A DNA stretch of 64,000 nucleotides from Rhina ancylostomus. Lineage: Eukaryota. The stretch lies in NCBI GenBank assembly GCA_030265395.1, contig JARFYF010000112.1, positions 20,384,368 to 20,448,367 on the forward strand, written 5' to 3'. The position numbers and the translations under genes are program-made. The notes beneath the pieces are model-generated. The model was not told the DNA's origin. It saw nothing but the letters and a program-made list of their open reading frames with translations, and did no database searches. Shown here one piece after another: positions 12,501 to 23,851 of this stretch. Every line of letters begins with the position of its first letter. The first letter of the stretch is position 1.

Positions 12501-15500
12501 GTGGTTTTATGCATGTGCCAAAGGAAATTGAGTATATGATAAGTTATTATTTTAATCATTTGTGTTTGCTGTGATGTTTCTAATTTATTAGTATTTGAAA
12601 GTTATTTTAATTGATAGTTTTAATTAATAATTAAAATAATGAAATTGCTTGTCTGATTTCTAATACCCTTTGAAAGCTTCCAAATGTCAGCAGCAAATGC
12701 TTTGATAAAAGATGACAGCCTTAACAGCTGACAAAGCTAGATGAAAGACATTGCCATCTGTCAAAGGTTTTCCCAGCTATTTTGTAAGTGTTCTTGCTCT
12801 GGCCTGCATGTGGATGACAGGTTACTTGCAGTCACATTAAGATGGGAACTTGCCTTTCAGCAAGTTCACTCGAACATAAATCAGATAAGTGTGTGATTTA
12901 TGCACACGAGCTGGAAATGCAGGCAAAATCTTTACTTGGCAAAATCTGGTTCAGAGTCACAAAAGAGAACCCTGACTACCACATCCCGTTTAGATTCTTG
13001 GTATGTACTTGGATTTCTAAAGCCTAGAACCAAGTCAGTTAATCACTCAAGTGTATAGAACTAGAGTGATTAAATGTAGGGATAAGCAAGGAGCCAGAGA
13101 GCAGAAAATTTGGTTGGAGACATAAGAGAATGCAGATGTTATAATCTGGAGTAAAGAAACAAACTGCCAGAGGCAAGTTGTGGAGACAGAAGGATGCAGA
13201 GACTCGACCCAAAACATCAGCCATCCCTTTGCCTCCACCACAGATATTGCCTTTTACTTTTGAGTTCCTCCAGCAGTTTGTTTTTTGCTGCAGAAACTTT
13301 GGTTATTGGCTGAGTACAAAAGGTTTATCTGTGGAGTAAATTATTTATAACTTGTGGTGAAACCCAAAAGCAAAATTTTGGAAAACTGCTCCCGTTCACC
13401 TCTCTAACACCACCTCAACTGTGGATTACCCCTGTAATATCTGGTTATAGACCAAGGCTGAAGGAATATTGTTAACGTGCATTGCATCATTCTTGTCCTG
13501 AATTTAGTTAATAATTTACCAGTTATTTTCTCATGTCTAAGGATGTCACCTGCATGAGTAACGACAATTGAGTTTCTTAAAAAAATTCTATCTTTTAATT
13601 TTTTTACCTCTTAGAAATTTTTGAAAATGAGAATCAGTATTTGGTGTTGTATCTCTTTGTTGCCTCAAAGTTTTCATTCAACTTTTGGTTTAGAATATAG
13701 TTATCCTTAAATAGTGATAAAATTAGCCTTGAAGAAATATTCTTTCTTCTGAGAACAAAGAATCACCCTGGAAAAACAGATTGGATCAGAAAGGAAGATC
13801 ATTTGCCTGTGACAGAACTCACCCAATATTCATTCCATTGAATCCCTTCCCCCTTCACCAAACCCATCTCTCTCAATCCTGCCCAACTGAGTTTCCTCAC
13901 AACTATTCATCTTCTATTTTAGTACTAAAAATAATACTCTATGGGTAATATTTGTGTCAGTGTCATGGAGTGCTGAAATCAGGAAGCTCATGTGAGAAAT
14001 GTATTTAACCAACAGAATGATTACGATTCTGCAAAAATAGTGTGATGGTGGAAGACCAAAGGACTGCAGATGCTGTACTCAAGATGAAAAACACTTTGAT
14101 GCTGGAGGAACTCAGCAGGTCAGGCAGCATCCGTGGAGAAAAGCTGCCGGTCACCGTTTCAGGTCAGGACTGAAGATAGGAAATTGGGCTTCCCCTTTTT
14201 ATATCTTCAGTCTTGAGTAAGGGTCCTGACCTGAAACATTGACCACCTGCTTTTCTCCACAGATGCTGCCTGGCCTGCTGAGTTCCTCCAGCATCATCGT
14301 GTAATGATGGTTAGTTCTCATCATGAATTTTTGTAGTGTTACATTTCAGTTAGATTGAAAAGATTATAGTTGCATAACTTGCATGTAATGCTGAATTTGG
14401 TAGTTTGTTTGCTCATGGAACAATCTTGAAAACTATTAAGGAGCTTAGCTCTTTGCATTTCTGCTCCTCTGAAAATGTCATCTATTATTCACAGAAGTTT
14501 CCATTAAGCTTTTTAAAATGAATTATACAGACATCCTATGTAACTAATCTTCACGTGATTGACCTCCATTGACTGTCTCTTCTGATGAATTAGCTTTTGA
14601 ATTTAGTGTCCTTGTTAAACAGATTGCTTCGTTTGTCATCAACAAACACAAAATGCTGGAGGAACTCAACAGGATCTATGGAGGGAAATGAACAGTTGAC
14701 ATTTCGGGCCGAGACCCTTTATCTGGATGTCTGTTTTATAGCACCACAGTGCTATTGTGGGTGGCAAATCACAAGACAGTGAATTCCTGCTTCCTGTCAT
14801 TTGCAGATACTTCATGTGAAATTAAATGAGGCCTTTCCTCAGATTGCAAGAGGAACAATCACAGGATGAATTGACTCACTTCTCTTTTCTTTCTCACTAC
14901 TAGTTGAGAACAATATTACTGGCTCTTGGAAGGGAGTTGTCTGTAAGTGGTCAGTTCATGCTCTAGTGGGACTTAAGGAGGTGGGGAAAAGCAGTTAGTG
15001 AAATTAAGAAAACAATGACACATGGTAAATTGTTTCGCATGTATTACATAATCTCTATTTACATAGAAAGGTTAGCTCAGTCTTGCTAGATAGTTGTTGC
15101 AACGAGTTTGTTGACATGAGACACAGGTGTACAAGAATGTCTGAACTAACTCATAAGTGAAATATCCTATTTTTGACTAAAATGTGGGGACAATTTCAAA
15201 TGAGCTCAATTGGCTACATATGCATAATTTCAAACATGAGTAACATCAGGACTGAACACAGGAAGGGAAGCAGTATTAGGAAGAATTGAGGTTGAAGATG
15301 CCAAGGTGAACTGAGGGAGGAGAGAAGTGTGAGCATGATCTGAGGGAATGGGCAGTGATCTGGAGGAGATGGTGATGGAAAAGTACAAGCAGGGAGGAGG
15401 GAGCATGTGTCACTGGGTAGGTCACCATTGGTTCTGGTCTGTGTCAGTTTCTGCTATGCTGGGTCTGTTCTTTTGTAGATGTAATTGAAGTTTGTATTGA

Positions 15501-18500
15501 GTTGGTTGAGGAGCTGGGCAATGTTTCACTTTAGTTGATCATGTGGCCAGAATGCTAACATTCTGGTCGGCTATGTGGAGTCTGTGGAAAGGGCATACCT
15601 TGTACAAGTATTTTTGTACTCTTTGGGGTAAGTGTCACTATATTTGGGGATAGAATTTTGATGGGCTCCTTCAATCTCAAGGATTAATGGCGGGAGAGAG
15701 GCTCGGTTCAATTGTATTAGGGTCTGTATAATTATTCGCAGATTGTTCGGAATCCAGCAAATTAATTGTTTTTGTTAATTTTTATGGTTATGGAATCCTG
15801 ATCTGATTTGAAAGCTGGGAATGCATTCTTTGAGCATTTTAGCCATCATTGTAGAGAATTTTTGTGTTATTTTGAGCAAGGCAAGACAATCCAAAACTGT
15901 CATAACANNNNNNNNAATCAAACCACTGTGGGGAGGACTGAAGGAGAAGGATACAGAATCTCCATCTGGGTACAACTGGAGGTCTTGTGGTTGGATACTG
16001 GAGTTGAGAACAAGCCTATGGTGAGGGTCAGGGATACAATATGACTGGAGTTTACACAGGGTTCTTCAATGTGGACTGCAGACTGAACAGCCTTTTGTGC
16101 AGCATCTTGTAAAGGAGTTGTCTTTTCCATTGTGCTGGATTCTGAACTTTACAAAATACTCTTACAACTTTCAACTTTACAACTTACAACTTTAGTTCTT
16201 GTATGTTTCTAACTTTGATACAGAAACTAGCGTCAGATCTTGCCTTAAATTGCTGCCCAGATCATGGTGTTACCTGTTATCTGTAAATAAGACTAGCTGT
16301 TAAAATTTTGTTGCAATTAACATTAATTTAGAAAATTTAGTTGTAAAACGTTCATCTACTTAAAGTAGATGTACCGAAAACACCATGTGAGTCTCTTAGT
16401 GGAATGAAGTTATCTAATTCATGCAGCAAATATGGAAACTTGATACAGAATAACCTTTTACATAATTTCTAATATTTACATTTGTGTTTCCATAAATTAT
16501 TGCTTAAAATCAACTTAAATCATTTAAATACAATAAGAATGTTCAGTTTTTTCAAAAGTTAGAAGGTCATAGCATTGTATGACTGAAATTTGCATATGGC
16601 AGAAACCCCAGACTGATATCAGAAAACACTAAAATATTACGAAAGGCCCTTAGCATATGACTAATTACTTATTCTCACGTGACACAATAGAACTCAATAA
16701 AACTAATAAACCTTGAACGATAACTCTCAGACTTTGGTATTGATGAGATGTTGTTTGGTATATATGAGATGTGCCTATAAATAAAACTTGTCTGGACTTT
16801 CAGAATACATTTAGACCCAAGGCTGTCTCAGCAAACCTGTTGAAACCCTAATCAATATTTATGTTGCCTTTAGATTCACCCATTCTCTTCACTGACCTCC
16901 CAATGCACACCTTCCGTATACTTGAGTTCACACAAAACATTGCTGGATCTTGTCCTCCTGTTCCATCATGCTGACTTGCATCGGTGACATTTTAATATCT
17001 AATATTGATTTTAAATTCTCTGCTTCTTTTCAGATCTCCTTATTGCCTTGCTCCTCCCTATTTCTATGAGGGCCTCCAGCCCTACTAGATCTCCATATTC
17101 CTCCAATCCTGGTCTTTAGCGTATCCCTGTTTTACACCACTTCAGCAATTTATTAGCCAAGCATTCAATTGCCATTGTGGCCTATGTTCCTGAATTTCTT
17201 CTTTGAACCTTTCTCCACCTCTGGTTATTTCTCCATCCCAGCTTATTTTCACCTGTCCTAACATCTTTGTTGCTTCCTGTCAGTTTTGTCTGTGATGTGC
17301 TCCTGAATACTTATACAATGCTAACTATGCCATATAGAAAAGATTTGTCTCACTCATTCAGGAATAACTCATAGAGGTGACAGTCCAGGAGCTCAAATAG
17401 ACCAAGATAGCTGATACAATGCGTACATACGTTAGGAGGTAGTTGTAGATAGACTGAAAGGATCGTGGAGGATCTTTTTGATGAATGCTGTTTTGTAACA
17501 TCTAGAACACAGTAAGAAGATGACATTGTTTATACTTGGCAATGAAATGGAGGCAAGGTAAATGCCTTATAAAGCAAATGGGTAGAAGCTTATGACATTA
17601 GTACTTTTTTCTAAAGGTCAAGTATAAAGTTATGTTATTTTGCATTTATTTGTAATGTTACACCATACACAGTAAGCCACAATCATTCTCATTAGTCTGA
17701 CTGTAGGACTCTACCAAACACCAGATTTTGGCAGGCATCAAAACCATAACTTGAGAATATCTATTGTTTGACACTTCCTCTATCCCAGTACATTTCAAGA
17801 TATCAATTCAGTATGCAGATGCCTTATTTACATTATAAGTCATGTCTATAAATACCAGCCCCAATCATCAACCAATATATGACTCCAAGCCATGCAGGCT
17901 GGTATTGTACTTACTCCAGAATAAATACATCACAACTGTTTCTTGGCTACCAGGCATTCATGAGCAAGTCTTTTTGACCATTCGCGCCAGTTGAACATTA
18001 ACTAAATAAGTTTATACTAAGCATTCATAATGTTGCTGTGTGGACCTTTGAATTGAACCTCTGTGAATGAGCTAAGTTTCCTGGGCAGACCCAGTGAAAG
18101 TATAAAGAAGCAGAGCACCTTTAGGGTAACAGTTCTTGAAGAGTGTTGTTTTGATCCTTTCCCGTCCAGGGAATAAGATGGCCTGGGGGCAGAATCAGAG
18201 GTTAGAGGTGGTTAGGAAGGAAATGAGCACAGCAATCAGGGAAAGCTAGCAACTGCAATAGATGGGACAGTGGCAGCAATCACAGGTAGGGGATGGTGGT
18301 TGCCAGCACCAACCTTTATGTGGGATTGAGAAGAACATCTTGTCCATATTTAGGTGAACAGTTTTAACAAACTTGCCTTTTTAGTGGAAACTAGCAGTGG
18401 TCCCTTTTATGAGATGACTGTTTACTCTCCTGTAGACCTGGTTTTCCTGAATGCCGACCATTCCAGCACCACTGCTGGTTGCTGTAGGACAAATATACTC

Positions 18501-21500
18501 AGCAGGAACTTGACTGCACAATGGTCTAAAACAGACCAAGATGAGTTTGACCAAAATAAGCTTTGGAATGCATATCCACAATATCATTAAGACCCATTTC
18601 CATCTTTTATAACAACTACTTCCTGCCTTACCTCAACTTCTCTGCTTCTGAAATTCTTAACCATGCATTTTCACCTATGGGAATTGTGTTTTCTGACCCA
18701 GCTCAATCATTCTACCTTCTTTTGACACCCACATCTGCAAGCAGCACCACCAACTACTCCCCACTGTAGTACTGGCAGGAATTACATTGCAAGCATAGCA
18801 TGTAAAATTATTCCAGTCTGCAGATGAACATTAAATAACATTGGTTCCCCAATTCCATATTTAGGACCAGCCTGCTTCTGCTTCATCTTCAAACTTATGA
18901 TATCCTATTTCTCTCTCAAACTTATAATGATCTGCTTTCATCTTCAAACTTTATGATATGGCTTAACTAGCCCAGTTATCTTTCTGTGGAACTGTACTGT
19001 ATGCTCTGGGAGATGGGAAAAGTTTGCCCCCAGTGCACGTTGTATTCATCAGGTGGCATGGGGTAAAACAGAAGCTAATCTGATTTATCTGACATTTCAT
19101 ACCATCATATAAGAAATGAATTCCTGGAATGGTGGCACAGATTGGTAAAACGCTAATAAGTCTGCTATTTGACTATTCAGAAGTACTGATGGTTCAGCAT
19201 CTGGCTCACCAGGGGATGTCTGTTGCTCTCCCTGTCCACTCACCAGGGCCCCAGTTANNNNNNNNNNATTCCCTTTAAACTCATCTGGTTATATTGGCTG
19301 CCCTACCTTGAATCTTACCGGGTTCACTGAAATGTTACTGTGTAACACAGTTTTAAAAATGTAAATTAAAAGTTTATTGGAGTATTAATAGAATAATGCC
19401 TGATAGTCCAGAAAATATGCTGGTCCAGCACTACCAAAGTTCTGAGCATGCTGGATTAACAGAGTTTTACTATATTTTCAATTTCACCCAAAGGTGGTGT
19501 GAGTCAGTTCTAAATTGAACAAACCAATTTCTACCACACACCCTAATCCAGTTGAAACCATACAGATCGGGAGTGGGCAGATTGTCCCTTGCTTAAGGAA
19601 ATTTCCCCATAGCACCATCCTTCCTGACAGCATGGGAATCAACACTCTGCAATGATCTCCTCTCCACATGTCTCTGTGGGTCAGGGAGATGTCCTTGCTC
19701 AGTGCTGGTATCAGCAAGATCATCCCTATATATTGCAGGTCATGAGTCACACTGCCATGCATTTGCGGGAGAACCCAGGTTAGATCCTTCTGCAGGCATG
19801 CACTTAAGTTCCAGGTTTGGTTCTGGTTGGGTACTGTTAATCAACTGTGATAATTTGCCCCTCTGGATTTATCAGGTGGTCATGTCACATTTGGCCTATC
19901 ACCCAATTCCCATAAACATTGCACAGGTTAATTCCACACATTCCAGGTTAATAAGTGCCCCTCTATCATCTTCATCAGTTGGCTGGTCTCTTGGATTGCC
20001 CCTGCCTGGATTAAATCTGCTCCTCTTTCCATTAACCGCCTCAGTTCCTGTCTCAGGAAATTTATTCCTATCTGGATCCTTCAGAGGTCTTCCATTATTA
20101 ACAAGGGGTGTCCTGACATTTACCCTAATCAGCAAGTCATTTATGATGCTGTGTGTATATTGATGGTAGCATTGATAATCATGGTGTCTACTGCCCCCTG
20201 GAGGACTATCATGCTAATCTTTGGCACATTGCGATTATCTGTTCACTGCAACGTGCAGGTAATCCTAAACATTGGTATTAGTTTATTATTGTCACTTGTA
20301 CCAAGGTACAGTGGAAGAACTTGTCTTGCACACCGATCGTACAGGTCAATTCATTACACAGTGCAGTTACATTGGGTTAGTACAGGTAAAAACAATAACA
20401 GTACAGAGTAAAGTGTNNNNNNNNNNNNNNNNNNNNNNNNNNNNNNNNNNNNNNNNNNNNNNNNNNNNNNNNNNNNNNNNNNNNNNNNNNNNNNNNNNNN
20501 NNNNNNNNNNNNNNNNAGATCGTGAGGTCAGAGTCCATCTCATTGTATAAGGGAACCGTTCAATAGTCTTATCAGAGTGGGGTAGAAGCTGTCAAGCCTG
20601 GTGGTACGTGCCCTCAGGCTCCTGTATCTTCTGCCTGATGGAAGAGGAGAGAAGAGAGAATGACCCAAGTGGGTGGGGTCTTTGATTATGCTGGCTGCTT
20701 CATCAAGACAGCAAGAGGTTAAGACAGAGTCCAAGGAGAGGAAGCTGGTGTCCATGACGCGCTGAGCTGTGTCCACAGCTCTCTGCAGTTTCTCGCGGTC
20801 CTGGGCAAAGCAGTTACTGTACCAAGCCGTGATGCATCTAGATAGGATGGTGATTCAATAAAATTTGGTGAGAGTGGAAGGTTCAGGTTCATAACTCTGG
20901 TACAATTTGATGTATAATTTAGTACCTTAAGCTCATAATACTACCCCAGTCTCTGGGGGTAATCTGGACCCCTTGTTGCATCACGCGTGGCTGTGTTCCA
21001 CTCTCCTACCAGGTCACATGCACAAAACTCTACAGATTTCAACTGATATGTCAGTCCCTGTCATTCCCTTCATCCTCTATCATGTCCAAGTACTCTTCCC
21101 AAAGTCGGGATAAGCAGGCAGTTGTGATCAAAGCAGTGCTGTGAGGCAGGTTCCATCCCATTGTCCATGCTCCAGTTCTGGTCATAGATTTATTCTGTTT
21201 GGTTATCCCTTCGCACTGGATCAGCGGGTTCCTTTCTTCAACATGGATAGGCGGCCTCAGCAATCCTCCAAGCTGGGATCGATAGGAGTCTGGTGCTCAT
21301 TTCCTGGAATCCTCTCCTGGAAAAGAATGTGGGGTGGGAGGGACAAGATCCCTCAATGTAGATCAGTGGACGATTGCAACCAGTGGTCCTGTGCTCTTCT
21401 CTCACGTCCACACATAGCACTTGTCTTCAACTCCTCATACAGTGCTACACAACAGGAAATTAATCCCACTTGCCCTTGAAATGCTCCACCATCACTACAA

Positions 21501-23805
21501 CATAGATGGAAGCTATGTGGCCCTTTGAGTCCATGCAATCCCATTTCCTCTCTCCTTATTTCCTTGTACCTCTGCAACTTATTCTCTCACATGGCCATCA
21601 ATTCTCTTGTATTTTAATTCTTTTCCTACTGACCTATACTAAGGACCAACTTACAGCAGCCATTTAAAATACAAGCATGTCTTTGGGACATGGGAGGAAA
21701 CCTGAGCATCCAGCGGAAATCCACATGGTCGCGAGGAGAACCTGCAAACTTCACACCGACACTAAGAAGCAGGATTGAACCCCGGTGCCTAGAGCTGTGA
21801 TGCAGCAGCATTAGCAGCTGTGCCACTGCTGCCTTACTCTCTCGGCCCATCACTATCGCCTTGGGTTTGAAATGTCTTTCTACATCCTGCCTTTCAGGGA
21901 TCCTACATCTCCTCTCCTGTTGCTGTCCCCTCGGGCAGCATCACTGCTTATCCCGTTGTCAGTTCCTAAGTTGCAAGTCTGGTTTCTGACGAGGTGTTTT
22001 TCCAGCTTTTTTGTTTCAGAATGAACCTCTCCATGAACAATGTCTCAATGCCCTGGTCATTCAGTTTTCTCTCTTTCTCCCTCTTCTCTCTTTTGCCCTT
22101 TCACAATATGATGTTGTTAAGTAATTGTCTGACACCCATTCCACAGTTCAAGCATTCCATCCTTGCCTCTACTTTGTTGGCTCCCTCACAATCAATCTCA
22201 ACTACTGTAGCATCCCAGTGTCATGCCACAGTCTCCAGTCAGCACAAGCCCTGCTTTTGATTTCATAGACAATGACACGGTCTACTCCAACAGAAAGTAG
22301 TTAGTTATCTATTCTGAACTACAGTTTTCTGAAAGTAAATTTCAAAATCAGGTGAATTTATTCCCAGAAATATCCCAATATATTGTAACTTTTTTTTTTC
22401 ATTTTTTTAAACAAATAAAACAAACCCTATTGCTGGACTGGCAGGTTTTGTCAAAGTTCATCCCTGTTTTCCCCCAATTTAAACTCCATTCTCTGGGAGG
22501 CAGCAAAGCCCCTGAGTACATGTCTCTTTCCACTCTTTGTAGCCAAGATTTGATCATTCCTGCAAATCCCAGGCAACCCCCTCCTAGGTTTTTTGCCCTG
22601 AGAAACAATAGCTGGCTGCGAGTGTGCCACGTGCAAGCCTCCATCAGGCAAAACCCTAAATCCAAATTGTCACTATACTGCAACTGATGCCCTCAGGCAT
22701 TTCAGATCTCTGCATACTCATCCACACTGGCAGCGTTTCAAGCAATGGCGTGCGAGTTTGACCTTGCAATAAATTAATACTTTTACATTGTGCGAGTTTT
22801 TAAGAAGTCAAAAGTCTATTTTAAGGATCCAAAATCAAATGGAACATTTGAAACTGTCTTACCAACATCTTCAGTACTTTCTTTTCCAATCAAATTTTTG
22901 TTTTGTTTGCTTCTCACCTGACAAAACCTCATTTTTAAAAGCTCCATTGACTTAGAACCAGACATCATTTCATAGTAGCACAGCTAGAAGAGCTACGGGC
23001 TTATGGCCCCAGTGACCCAGTTCAATGCTGACCTTCAGTGCTCTCTGTGTGCAGTTTATGCTTTCCCTGTGAATGCACGGGTTTCCCCCAGGTAATCCAG
23101 TTTCCTCCCACATTCCAAAAACTTGTAGTTTATTGATCACTGTAAATTGCATGTGGTGTGTGGATGAGTGGAGGAGAGTAGTTGAGCATGAGGGGAGAAT
23201 AAATTGTGTTGGATAGTCTTACAGTAAAAATTTATGTTTGATGGTCAGTGCAGACTTGGTGGACTGAAGGGCCTGTTTCTGTGCTGTACCTCTCTATGAC
23301 TTTGACCATATTTTGATTTCAAGGCCACATCTTCTTTGGTTCCCTACAGGAGTCAAAATTCCATTAGTTAATGACAACATTCCATGTCTGCAACTAAAAC
23401 CTTAGTCTTTACTTCAAAATTTCTTCTAAGAGTTGGTGAACAATTTTTTTGAAAAACCAACTATCATACAATTTAGCAAGATTGATCATCTGATGGGTTA
23501 GGAACTCAGAAGTTTGTTAAATTTAGGGAACATCTGTAATTAGAAGCCCACAAGACCTTCAAAATATTTAAATAAATTAAAAACCAAAACAAGGATCTCA
23601 TAAAATGTACAGATGCCGAAGTGAACATTTCCAACAGCAGTCAACCCAAAAATGGTTAACAACTTCTTGCTCAGCATAACAGTGACTGACACTGGAGACG
23701 AGGTGCAAACACTTCTTAAAGATGTACTCACAAACAGGGAAATATTTGAAAAAAGAATTCCACTGTCCATCAAACCAGATATGAAACATTAAATTGTGTA
23801 TGTGT

Positions 23806-23851
<46 letters not shown>

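Larger units (their letters stand above)
19484..21860 (-). mobile_element. Putative decayed endogenous retrovirus relic (integrase C-terminus plus envelope-like region), split by a Rex1 LINE and a SINE
   Basis: About 200 codons in one minus-strand frame (20095 to 19484) with four internal stops; NVT and NQT sequons; a heptad-like segment; upstream VMGRE...GAF.GKWD resembling a GPY/F integrase end. Confidence 0.45.

Noticed and set aside
18880-18960. Three short imperfect direct repeats (tcttcaaacttatgat); similar clusters at 16145-16192 and 52059-52090
   Set aside because: Irregular spacing and vertebrate context indicate slippage duplications, not CRISPR or a functional array
19702-20163. 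153-aa + strand ORF
   Set aside because: Better explained as the antisense shadow of the minus-strand env-like relic
23540-23792. Protein-like + frame (TFPTAVNPKMVNNFLLSITVTDTGDEVQTLLKDVL...) and its antisense ORF
   Set aside because: In-frame stops upstream, no polypyrimidine acceptor and no recognisable motif
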